This document shows, one piece after another, positions 15,001 through 30,000 of a stretch of 64,000 nt of DNA. The stretch lies in contig OZ024740.1 of assembly GCA_964016885.1 (NCBI GenBank), positions 421,724,001-421,788,000 of the forward strand, written 5' to 3'. The notes under the pieces were generated by a model, which did no database searches, was not told where the DNA came from, and saw nothing but the letters and a program-made list of their open reading frames with translations. Position 1 is the first letter of the stretch, and every line of letters starts with the position of its first letter. The position numbers and the translations under genes were made by a program. The stretch comes from Eledone cirrhosa. Taxonomy: Eukaryota.

Positions 15001-18000
15001 GTGTCATATTAAACCTAGATAGAAAGGTGGATTAACATAGATATATGTGTCATATTAAACCTACATAGAAAGGTGGATTAACATAGATATATGTGTCATA
15101 TTAAACCTACATAGAAAGGTGAATTAACTTAGATATATGTGTCATATTAAACCTACATAGAAAGGTGGATTAACTTAGATATATGTGTCATATTAAACCA
15201 ACATAGAAAGGTGGATTAACATAGATATACGTGTCATATTAAACCTACATAGAAAGGTGAATTAACTTAGATATATGTGTCATATTAAACCAACATAGAA
15301 AGGTGGATTAACATAGATATATGTGTCATATTAAACCTACATAGAAAGGTGAATTAACTTAGATATATGTGTCATATTAAACTTACATAGAAAGGTGGAT
15401 TAACTTAGATATATGTGTCATATTAAACCTACATAGAAAGGTGAATTAACTTAGATATATGTGTCATATTAAACCTAAATAGAAAGGTGGATTAACATAG
15501 ATATATGTGTCATATTAAACCTACATAGAAAGGTGAATTAACTTAGATATGTGTCATATTAAACCTTCATGGAAAGGTGGATTAACTTAGATATGTGTGT
15601 CATATTAAACCTAAATGGAAGGGTGGATTAACATAGATATATGTGTCATATTAAACCTACATAGAAAGGTGAATTAACTTAGATATATGTGTCATATTAA
15701 ACCTACATAGAAAGGTGAATTAACTTAGATATATGTGTCATATTAAACCTACATAGAAAGGTGGATTAACTTAGATATGTGTGTCATATTAAACCTACAT
15801 AGAAAGATGAATTAACTTAGATATATGTGTCATATTAAACCTAAATAGAAAGGTGGATTAACATAGATATATGTGTCATATTAAACCTACATAGAAAGGT
15901 GAATTAACTTAGATATATGTGTCATATTAAACCTTCATGGAAAGGTGGATTACCATAGATATATGTGTCATATTAAACCTACATAGAAAGGTGGATTAAC
16001 ATAGATATATGTGTCATATTAAACCTTCATAGAAAGGTGGATTAACTTAGATATGTGTGTCATATTAAACCTAAATAGAAGGGTGGATTAACATAGATAT
16101 ATGTGTCATATTAAACCTAAATAGAAAGGTGGATTAACATAGATATATGTGTCATATTAAACCTACATAGAAAGGTGAATTAACTTAGATATGTGTCATA
16201 TTAAACCTACATAGAAAGGTGGATTAACATAGATATATGTGTCATATTAAACCTACATAGAAAGGTGGATTAACATAGATATATGTCATATTAAACCTAC
16301 ATAGAAAGGTGGATTAACATAGATATATGTGTCATATTAAACCTACATAGAAAAGTGAATTAACATAGATATATGTGTCATATTAAACCTACATAGAAAG
16401 GTGGATTAACATAGATATATGTGTCATATTAAACCTACATAGAAAGGTGGATTAACATAGATATATGTGTCATATTAAACCTACATAGAAAGGTGAATTA
16501 ACTTAGATATATGTGTCATATTAAACCTACATAGAAAGGTGGATTAACTTAGATATGTGTGTCATATTAAACCTAAATAAAAAGGTGGATTAACATAGAT
16601 ATATGTGTCATATTAAACCTACATAGAAAGGTGAATTAACTTAGATATGTGTCATATTAAACCTTCATGGAAAGGTGGATTAACATAGATATATGTGTCA
16701 TATTAAACCAACATAGAAAGGTGGATTAACATAGATATACGTGTCATATTAAACCTACATAGAAAGGTGAATTAACTTAGATATATGTGTCATATTAAAC
16801 CTACATAGAAAGGTGGATTAACATAGATATATGTGTCATATTAAACCTACATAGAAAGGTGGATTAACATAGATATATGTGTCATATTAAACCTACATAG
16901 AAAGGTGAATTAACTTAGATATATGTGTCATATTAAACCTACATAGAAAGGTGAATTAACTTAGATATATGTGTCATATTAAACCTACATAGAAAGGTGG
17001 ATTAACATAGATATATGTGTCATATTAAACCTACATAGAAAGGTGAATTAACTTAGATATATGTGTCATATTAAACCTTCATGGAAAGGTGGATTAACAT
17101 AGATATATGTGTCATATTAAACCTACATAGAAAGGTGGATTAACATAGATATATGTGTCATATTAAACCTACATAGAAAGGTGGAGTAACATAGATATAT
17201 GTGTCATATTAAACCTACATAGAAATGTGGATTAACATAGATATATGTGTCATATTAAACCTACATAGAAAGGTGGATTAACATAGATATACGTGTCATA
17301 TTAAACCTACATAGAAAGGTGGAGTAACATAGATATATGTGTCATATTAATCCTACATAGAAAGGTGGATTAACATAGATATATGTGTCATATTAAACCT
17401 ACATAGAAAGGTGGAGTAACATAGATATATGTGTCATATTAATCCTACATAGAAAGGTGGATTAACATAGATATATGTGTCATATTAAACCTACATAGAA
17501 AGGTGGATTAACATAGATATATGTGTCATATTAAACCTACATAGAAAGGTGGAGTAACATAGATATATGTGTCATATTAATCCTACATAGAAAGGTGGAT
17601 TAACATAGATATATGTGTCATATTAAACCTACATAGAAAGGTGGAGTAACATAGATATATGTGTCATATTAATCCTACATAGAAAGGTGGATTAACATAG
17701 ATATATGTGTCATATTAAACCTACATAGAAAGGTGGATTAACATAGATATATGTGTCATATTAAACCTACATAGAAAGGTGGAGTAACATAGATATATGT
17801 GTCATATTAATCCTACATAGAAAGGTGGATTAACATAGATATGTGTCATATAAAACCTACATAGAAAGGTGTGTGATATATGTGTCATATTAAAGCTACA
17901 TAGAAAGGTGAATTAACTATGTGTCATATTAAACCTAGATAGAAAGGTGGATTAACATAGATATATGTGTCATATTAAACCTACATAGAAAGGTGGATTA

Positions 18001-21000
18001 ACATAGATATATGTGTCATATTAAACCTACATAGAAAGGTGAATTAACTTAGATATATGTGTCATATTAAACCTACATAGAAAGGTGGATTAACTTAGAT
18101 ATATGTGTCATATTAAACCAACATAGAAAGGTGGATTAACATAGATATACGTGTCATATTAAACCTACATAGAAAGGTGAATTAACTTAGATATATGTGT
18201 CATATTAAACCAACATAGAAAGGTGGATTAACATAGATATATGTGTCATATTAAACCTACATAGAAAGGTGAATTAACTTAGATATATGTGTCATATTAA
18301 ACTTACATAGAAAGGTGGATTAACTTAGATATATGTGTCATATTAAACCTACATAGAAAGGTGAATTAACTTAGATATATGTGTCATATTAAACCTAAAT
18401 AGAAAGGTGGATTAACATAGATATATGTGTCATATTAAACCTACATAGAAAGGTGAATTAACTTAGATATGTGTCATATTAAACCTTCATGGAAAGGTGG
18501 ATTAACTTAGATATGTGTGTCATATTAAACCTAAATGGAAGGGTGGATTAACATAGATATATGTGTCATATTAAACCTACATAGAAAGGTGAATTAACTT
18601 AGATATATGTGTCATATTAAACCTACATAGAAAGGTGAATTAACTTAGATATATGTGTCATATTAAACCTACATAGAAAGGTGGATTAACTTAGATATGT
18701 GTGTCATATTAAACCTACATAGAAAGATGAATTAACTTAGATATATGTGTCATATTAAACCTAAATAGAAAGGTGGATTAACATAGATATATGTGTCATA
18801 TTAAACCTACATAGAAAGGTGAATTAACTTAGATATATGTGTCATATTAAACCTTCATGGAAAGGTGGATTACCATAGATATATGTGTCATATTAAACCT
18901 ACATAGAAAGGTGGATTAACATAGATATATGTGTCATATTAAACCTTCATAGAAAGGTGGATTAACTTAGATATGTGTGTCATATTAAACCTAAATAGAA
19001 GGGTGGATTAACATAGATATATGTGTCATATTAAACCTAAATAGAAAGGTGGATTAACATAGATATATGTGTCATATTAAACCTACATAGAAAGGTGAAT
19101 TAACTTAGATATGTGTCATATTAAACCTTCATCGAAAGGTGGATTAACATAGATATATGTGTCATATTAAACCTACATAGAAAGGTGGATTAACATAGAT
19201 ATATGTGTCATATTAAACCTACATAGAAAGGTGGATTAACATAGATATATGTGTCATATTAAACCTACATAGAAAGGTGGATTAACATAGATATATGTGT
19301 CATATTAAACCTACATAGAAAAGTGAATTAACATAGATATATGTGTCATATTAAACCTACATAGAAAGGTGGATTAACATAGATATATGTGTCATATTAA
19401 ACCTACATAGAAAGGTGGATTAACATAGATATATGTGTCATATTAAACCTACATAGAAAGGTGAATTAACTTAGATATATGTGTCATATTAAACCTACAT
19501 AGAAAGGTGGATTAACTTAGATATGTGTGTCATATTAAACCTAAATAAAAAGGTGGATTAACATAGATATATGTGTCATATTAAACCTACATAGAAAGGT
19601 GAATTAACTTAGATATGTGTCATATTAAACCTTCATGGAAAGGTGGATTAACATAGATATATGTGTCATATTAAACCAACATAGAAAGGTGGATTAACAT
19701 AGATATACGTGTCATATTAAACCTACATAGAAAGGTGAATTAACTTAGATATATGTGTCATATTAAACCTACATAGAAAGGTGGATTAACATAGATATAT
19801 GTGTCATATTAAACCTACATAGAAAGGTGGATTAACATAGATATATGTGTCATATTAAACCTACATAGAAAGGTGAATTAACTTAGATATATGTGTCATA
19901 TTAAACCTACATAGAAAGGTGAATTAACTTAGATATATGTGTCATATTAAACCTACATAGAAAGGTGGATTAACATAGATATATGTGTCATATTAAACCT
20001 ACATAGAAAGGTGAATTAACTTAGATATATGTGTCATATTAAACCTTCATGGAAAGGTGGATTAACATAGATATATGTGTCATATTAAACCTACATAGAA
20101 AGGTGGATTAACATAGATATATGTGTCATATTAAACCTACATAGAAAGGTGGAGTAACATAGATATATGTGTCATATTAAACCTACATAGAAATGTGGAT
20201 TAACATAGATATATGTGTCATATTAAACCTACATAGAAAGGTGGATTAACATAGATATACGTGTCATATTAAACCTACATAGAAAGGTGGAGTAACATAG
20301 ATATATGTGTCATATTAATCCTACATAGAAAGGTGGATTAACATAGATATATGTGTCATATTAAACCTACATAGAAAGGTGGAGTAACATAGATATATGT
20401 GTCATATTAATCCTACATAGAAAGGTGGATTAACATAGATATATGTGTCATATTAAACCTACATAGAAAGGTGGATTAACATAGATATATGTGTCATATT
20501 AAACCTACATAGAAAGGTGGAGTAACATAGATATATGTGTCATATTAATCCTACATAGAAAGGTGGATTAACATAGATATATGTGTCATATTAAACCTAC
20601 ATAGAAAGGTGGAGTAACATAGATATATGTGTCATATTAATCCTACATAGAAAGGAGGATTAACATAGATATATGTGTCATATTAAACCTACATAGAAAG
20701 GTGGATTAACATAGATATATGTGTCATATTAAACCTACATAGAAAGGTGGAGTAACATAGATATATGTGTCATATTAATCCTACATAGAAAGGTGGATTA
20801 ACATAGATATGTGTCATATAAAACCTACATAGAAAGGTGTGTGATATATGTGTCATATTAAAGCTACATAGAAAGGTGAATTAACTATGTGTCATATTAA
20901 ACCTAGATAGAAAGGTGGATTAACATAGATATATGTGTCATATTAAACCTACATAGAAAGGTGAATTAACTTAGATATATGTGTCATATTAAACCTACAT

Positions 21001-24000
21001 AGAAAGGTGGATTAACTTAGATATATGTGTCATATTAAACCAACATAGAAAGGTGGATTAACATAGATATACGTGTCATATTAAACCTACATAGAAAGGT
21101 GAATTAACTTAGATATATGTGTCATATTAAACCTACATAGAAAGGTGGATTAACATAGATATATGTGTCATATTAAACCTACATAGAAAGGTGGATTAAC
21201 ATAGATATATGTGTCATATTAAACCTACATAGAAAGGTGAATTAACTTAGATATATGTGTCATATTAAACCTTCACGGAAAGGTGGATTACCATAGATAT
21301 ATGTGTCATATTAAACCTACATAGAAAGGTGGATTAACATAGATATGTGTCATATTAAACCTTCATAGAAAGGTGGATTAACTTAGATATGTGTGTCATA
21401 TTAAACCTAAATAGAAGGGTGGATTAACATAGATATATGTGTCATATTAAACCTAAATAGAAAGGTGGATTAACATAGATATATGTGTCATATTAAACCT
21501 ACATAGAAAGGTGAATTAACTTAGATATGTGTCATATTAAACCTTCATCGAAAGGTGGATTAACATAGATATATGTCATATTAAACCTACATAGAAAGGT
21601 GGATTAACATAGATATATGTGTCATATTAAACCTACATAGAAAGGTGGAGTAACATAGATATATGTGTCATATTAAACCTACATAAAAAGGTGGATTAAC
21701 ATAGATATATGTGTCATATTAAACCTACATAGAAAAGTGAATTAACATAGATATATGTGTCATATTAAACCTACATAGAAAGGTGGATTAACATAGATAT
21801 ATGTGTCATATTAAACCTACATAGAAAGGTGGATTAACATAGATATATGTGTCATATTAAACCTACATAGAAAGGTGAATTAACTTAGATATATGTGTCA
21901 TATTAAACCTACATAGAAAGGTGAATTAACTTAGATATGTGTGTCATATTAAACCTACATAGAAAGATGAATTAACTTAGATATATGTGTCATATTAAAC
22001 CTAAATAGAAAGGTGGATTAACATAGATATATGTCATATTAAACCTACATAGAAAGGTGAATTAACTTAGATATATGTGTCATATTAAACCTTCATGGAA
22101 AGGTGGATTACCATAGATATATGTGTCATATTAAACCTACATAGAAAGGTGGATTAACATAGATATATGTGTCATATTAAACCTTCATAGAAAGGTGGAT
22201 TAACTTAGATATGTGTGTCATATTAAACCTAAATAGAAGGGTGGATTAACATAGATATATGTGTCATATTAAACCTAAATAGAAAGGTGGATTAACATAG
22301 ATATATGTGTCATATTAAACCTACATAGAAAGGTGAATTAACTTAGATATGTGTCATATTAAACCTTCATCGAAAGGTGGATTAACATAGATATATGTGT
22401 CATATTAAACCTACATAGAAAGGTGGATTAACTTAGATATATGTGTCATATTAAACCTAAATAGAAAGGTGGATTAACATAGATATATGTGTCATATTAA
22501 ACCTACATAGAAAGGTGAATTAACTTAGATATATGTGTCATATTAAACCTACATAGAAAGGTGGATTAACTTAGATATATGTGTCATATTAAACCTACAT
22601 AGAAAGATGAATTAACTTAGATATATGTGTCATATTAAACCTACATAGAAAGGTGAATTAACTTAGATATATGTGTCATATTAAACCTACATAGAAAGGT
22701 GGATTAACTTAGATATGTGTGTCATATTAAACCTACATAGAAAGGTGAATTAACTTAGATATATGTGTCATATTAAACCTAAATAGAAAGGTGGATTAAC
22801 ATAGATATATGTGTCATATTAAACCTACATAGAAAGGTGAATTAACTTAGATATATGTGTCATATTAAACCTTCATGGAAAGGTGGATTAACATAGATAT
22901 ATGTGTCATATTAAACCTACATAGAAAGGTGGATTAACATAGATATATGTGTCATATTAAACCTTCATAGAAAGGTGAATTAACTTAGATATATGTGTCA
23001 TATTAAACCTACATAGAAAGGTGGATTAACATAGATATATGTGTCATATTAAACCTACATAGAAAGGTGGATTAACTTAGATAGGTGTGTCATATTAAAC
23101 CTAAATAGAAAGGTGGATTAACATAGATATATGTGTCATATTAAACCTACATAGAAAGGTGAATTAACTTAGATATGTGTCATATTAAACCTTCATGGAA
23201 AGGTGGATTAACATAGATATATGTGTCATATTAAACCTACATAGAAAGGTGGATTAACATAGATATATGTGTCATATTAAACCTACATAGAAAGGTGGAG
23301 TAACATAGATATATGTGTCATATTAAACCTACATAGAAAGGTGGATTAACATAGATATATGTGTCATATCAAACCAACATAGAAAGGTGGATTAACATAG
23401 ATATACGTGTCATATTAAACCTACATAGAAAGGTGAATTAACTTAGATATATGTGTCATATTAAACCTACATAGAAAGGTGGATTAACATAGATATATGT
23501 GTCATATTAAACATACATAGAAAGGTGGATTAACATAGATATATGTGTCATATTAAACCTACATAGAAAGGTGAATTAACTTAGATATATGTGTCATATT
23601 AAACCTACATAGAAAGGTGAATTAACTTAGATATATGTGTCATATTAAACCTACATAGAAAGGTGGATTAACATAGATATATGTGTCATATTAAACCTAC
23701 ATAGAAAGGTGAATTAACTTAGATATATGTGTCATATTAAACCAACATAGAAAGGTGGATTAACATAGATAAACGTGTCATATTAAACCTACATAGAAAG
23801 GTGAATTAACTTAGATATATGTGTCATATTAAACCAACATAGAAAGGTGGATTAACATAGATATATGTGTCATATTAAACCTACATAGAAAGGTGAATTA
23901 ACTTAGATATATGTGTCATATTAAACTTACATAGAAAGGTGGATTAACTTAGATATATGTGTCATATTAAACCTACATAGAAAGGTGGATTAAATTAGAT

Positions 24001-27000
24001 ATGTGTGTCATATTAAACCTACATAGAAAGGTGAATTAACTTAGATATATGTGTCATATTAAACCTAAATAGAAAGGTGGATTAACATAGATATATGTGT
24101 CATATTAAACCTACATAGAAAGGTGAATTAACTTAGATATGTGTCATATTAAACCTTCATGGAAAGGTGGATTAACTTAGATATGTGTGTCATATTAAAC
24201 CTAAATGGAAGGGTGGATTAACATAGATATATGTGTCATATTAAACCTACATAGAAAGGTGAATTAACTTAGATATATGTGTCATATTAAACCTACATAG
24301 AAAGGTGAATTAACTTAGATATATGTGTCATATTAAACCTACATAGAAAGGTGGATTAACTTAGATATGTGTGTCATATTAAACCTACATAGAAAGATGA
24401 ATTAACTTAGATATATGTGTCATATTAAACCTAAATAGAAAGGTGGATTAACATAGATATATGTGTCATATTAAACCTACATAGAAAGGTGAATTAACTT
24501 AGATATATGTGTCATATTAAACCTTCATGGAAAGGTGGATTACCATAGATATATGTGTCATATTAAACCTACATAGAAAGGTGGATTAACATAGATATAT
24601 GTGTCATATTAAACCTTCATAGAAAGGTGGATTAACTTAGATATGTGTGTCATATTAAACCTAAATAGAAGGGTGGATTAACATAGATATATGTGTCATA
24701 TTAAACCTAAATAGAAAGGTGGATTAACATAGATATATGTGTCATATTAAACCTACATAGAAAGGTGAATTAACTTAGATATGTGTCATATTAAACCTTC
24801 ATCGAAAGGTGGATTAACATAGATATATGTGTCATATTAAACCTACATAGAAAGGTGGATTAACATAGATATATGTGTCATATTAAACCTACATAGAAAG
24901 GTGGATTAACATAGATATATGTGTCATATTAAACCTACATAGAAAGGTGAATTAACTTAGATATATGTGTCATATTAAACCTACATAGAAAGGTGGATTA
25001 ACTTAGATATATGTGTCATATTAAACCAACATAGAAAGGTGGATTAACATAGATATACGTGTCATATTAAACCTACATAGAAAGGTGAATTAACTTAGAT
25101 ATATGTGTCATATTAAACCAACATAGAAAGGTGGATTAACATAGATATATGTGTCATATTAAACCTACATAGAAAGGTGAATTAACTTAGATATATGTGT
25201 CATATTAAACTTACATAGAAAGGTGGATTAACTTAGATATATGTGTCATATTAAACCTACATAGAAAGGTGAATTAACTTAGATATATGTGTCATATTAA
25301 ACCTAAATAGAAAGGTGGATTAACATAGATATATGTGTCATATTAAACCTACATAGAAAGGTGAATTAACTTAGATATGTGTCATATTAAACCTTCATGG
25401 AAAGGTGGATTAACTTAGATATGTGTGTCATATTAAACCTAAATGGAAGGGTGGATTAACATAGATATATGTGTCATATTAAACCTACATAGAAAGGTGA
25501 ATTAACTTAGATATATGTGTCATATTAAACCTACATAGAAAGGTGAATTAACTTAGATATATGTGTCATATTAAACCTACATAGAAAGGTGGATTAACTT
25601 AGATATGTGTGTCATATTAAACCTACATAGAAAGATGAATTAACTTAGATATATGTGTCATATTAAACCTAAATAGAAAGGTGGATTAACATAGATATAT
25701 GTGTCATATTAAACCTACATAGAAAGGTGAATTAACTTAGATATATGTGTCATATTAAACCTTCATGGAAAGGTGGATTACCATAGATATATGTGTCATA
25801 TTAAACCTACATAGAAAGGTGGATTAACATAGATATATGTGTCATATTAAACCTTCATAGAAAGGTGGATTAACTTAGATATGTGTGTCATATTAAACCT
25901 AAATAGAAGGGTGGATTAACATAGATATATGTGTCATATTAAACCTAAATAGAAAGGTGGATTAACATAGATATATGTGTCATATTAAACCTACATAGAA
26001 AGGTGAATTAACTTAGATATGTGTCATATTAAACCTTCATCGAAAGGTGGATTAACATAGATATATGTGTCATATTAAACCTACATAGAAAGGTGGATTA
26101 ACATAGATATATGTGTCATATTAAACCTACATAGAAAGGTGGATTAACATAGATATATGTGTCATATTAAACCTACATAGAAAGGTGGATTAACATAGAT
26201 ATATGTGTCATATTAAACCTACATAGAAAAGTGAATTAACATAGATATATGTGTCATATTAAACCTACATAGAAAGGTGGATTAACATAGATATATGTGT
26301 CATATTAAACCTACATAGAAAGGTGGATTAACATAGATATATGTGTCATATTAAACCTACATAGAAAGGTGAATTAACTTAGATATATGTGTCATATTAA
26401 ACCTACATAGAAAGGTGGATTAACTTAGATATGTGTGTCATATTAAACCTAAATAAAAAGGTGGATTAACATAGATATATGTGTCATATTAAACCTACAT
26501 AGAAAGGTGAATTAACTTAGATATGTGTCATATTAAACCTTCATGGAAAGGTGGATTAACATAGATATATGTGTCATATTAAACCAACATAGAAAGGTGG
26601 ATTAACATAGATATACGTGTCATATTAAACCTACATAGAAAGGTGAATTAACTTAGATATATGTGTCATATTAAACCTACATAGAAAGGTGGATTAACAT
26701 AGATATATGTGTCATATTAAACCTACATAGAAAGGTGGATTAACATAGATATATGTGTCATATTAAACCTACATAGAAAGGTGAATTAACTTAGATATAT
26801 GTGTCATATTAAACCTACATAGAAAGGTGAATTAACTTAGATATATGTGTCATATTAAACCTACATAGAAAGGTGGATTAACATAGATATATGTGTCATA
26901 TTAAACCTACATAGAAAGGTGAATTAACTTAGATATATGTGTCATATTAAACCTTCATGGAAAGGTGGATTAACATAGATATATGTGTCATATTAAACCT

Positions 27001-30000
27001 ACATAGAAAGGTGGATTAACATAGATATATGTGTCATATTAAACCTACATAGAAAGGTGGAGTAACATAGATATATGTGTCATATTAAACCTACATAGAA
27101 ATGTGGATTAACATAGATATATGTGTCATATTAAACCTACATAGAAAGGTGGATTAACATAGATATACGTGTCATATTAAACCTACATAGAAAGGTGGAG
27201 TAACATAGATATATGTGTCATATTAATCCTACATAGAAAGGTGGATTAACATAGATATATGTGTCATATTAAACCTACATAGAAAGGTGGAGTAACATAG
27301 ATATATGTGTCATATTAATCCTACATAGAAAGGTGGATTAACATAGATATATGTGTCATATTAAACCTACATAGAAAGGTGGATTAACATAGATATATGT
27401 GTCATATTAAACCTACATAGAAAGGTGGAGTAACATAGATATATGTGTCATATTAATCCTACATAGAAAGGTGGATTAACATAGATATATGTGTCATATT
27501 AAACCTACATAGAAAGGTGGAGTAACATAGATATATGTGTCATATTAATCCTACATAGAAAGGTGGATTAACATAGATATATGTGTCATATTAAACCTAC
27601 ACAGAAAGGTGGATTAACATAGATATATGTGTCATATTAAACCTACATAGAAAGGTGGAGTAACATAGATATGTGTCATATTAATCCTACATAGAAAGGT
27701 GGATTAACATAGATATGTGTCATATAAAACCTACATAGAAAGGTGTGTGATATATGTGTCATATTAAAGCTACATAGAAAGGTGAATTAACTATGTGTCA
27801 TATTAAACCTAGATAGAAAGGTGGATTAACATAGATATATGTGTCATATTAAACCTACATAGAAAGGTGAATTAACTTAGATATATGTGTCATATTAAAC
27901 CTACATAGAAAGGTGGATTAACTTAGATATATGTGTCATATTAAACCAACATAGAAAGGTGGATTAACATAGATATACGTGTCATATTAAACCTACATAG
28001 AAAGGTGAATTAACTTAGATATATGTGTCATATTAAACCTACATAGAAAGGTGGATTAACATAGATATATGTGTCATATTAAACCTACATAGAAAGGTGG
28101 ATTAACATAGATATATGTGTCATATTAAACCTACATAGAAAGGTGAATTAACTTAGATATATGTGTCATATTAAACCTTCACGGAAAGGTGGATTACCAT
28201 AGATATATGTGTCATATTAAACCTACATAGAAAGGTGGATTAACATAGATATGTGTCATATTAAACCTTCATAGAAAGGTGGATTAACTTAGATATGTGT
28301 GTCATATTAAACCTAAATAGAAGGGTGGATTAACATAGATATATGTGTCATATTAAACCTAAATAGAAAGGTGGATTAACATAGATATATGTGTCATATT
28401 AAACCTACATAGAAAGGTGAATTAACTTAGATATGTGTCATATTAAACCTTCATCGAAAGGTGGATTAACATAGATATATGTCATATTAAACCTACATAG
28501 AAAGGTGGATTAACATAGATATATGTGTCATATTAAACCTACATAGAAAGGTGGAGTAACATAGATATATGTGTCATATTAAACCTACATAAAAAGGTGG
28601 ATTAACATAGATATATGTGTCATATTAAACCTACATAGAAAAGTGAATTAACATAGATATATGTGTCATATTAAACCTACATAGAAAGGTGGATTAACAT
28701 AGATATATGTGTCATATTAAACCTACATAGAAAGGTGGATTAACATAGATATATGTGTCATATTAAACCTACATAGAAAGGTGAATTAACTTAGATATAT
28801 GTGTCATATTAAACCTACATAGAAAGGTGAATTAACTTAGATATGTGTGTCATATTAAACCTACATAGAAAGATGAATTAACTTAGATATATGTGTCATA
28901 TTAAACCTAAATAGAAAGGTGGATTAACATAGATATATGTGTCATATTAAACCTACATAGAAAGGTGAATTAACTTAGATATATGTGTCATATTAAACCT
29001 TCATGGAAAGGTGGATTACCATAGATATATGTGTCATATTAAACCTACATAGAAAGGTGGATTAACATAGATATATGTGTCATATTAAACCTTCATAGAA
29101 AGGTGGATTAACTTAGATATGTGTGTCATATTAAACCTAAATAGAAGGGTGGATTAACATAGATATATGTGTCATATTAAACCTAAATAGAAAGGTGGAT
29201 TAACATAGATATATGTGTCATATTAAACCTACATAGAAAGGTGAATTAACTTAGATATGTGTCATATTAAACCTTCATCGAAAGGTGGATTAACATAGAT
29301 ATATGTGTCATATTAAACCTACATAGAAAGGTGGATTAACTTAGATATATGTGTCATATTAAACCTAAATAGAAAGGTGGATTAACATAGATATATGTGT
29401 CATATTAAACCTACATAGAAAGGTGAATTAACTTAGATATATGTGTCATATTAAACCTACATAGAAAGGTGGATTAACTTAGATATATGTGTCATATTAA
29501 ACCTACATAGAAAGATGAATTAACTTAGATATATGTGTCATATTAAACCTACATAGAAAGGTGAATTAACTTAGATATATGTGTCATATTAAACCTACAT
29601 AGAAAGGTGGATTAACTTAGATATGTGTGTCATATTAAACCTACATAGAAAGGTGAATTAACTTAGATATATGTGTCATATTAAACCTAAATAGAAAGGT
29701 GGATTAACATAGATATATGTGTCATATTAAACCTACATAGAAAGGTGAATTAACTTAGATATATGTGTCATATTAAACCTTCATGGAAAGGTGGATTAAC
29801 ATAGATATATGTGTCATATTAAACCTACATAGAAAGGTGGATTAACATAGATATATGTGTCATATTAAACCTTCATAGAAAGGTGAATTAACTTAGATAT
29901 ATGTGTCATATTAAACCTACATAGAAAGGTGGATTAACATAGATATATGTGTCATATTAAACCTACATAGAAAGGTGGATTAACTTAGATAGGTGTGTCA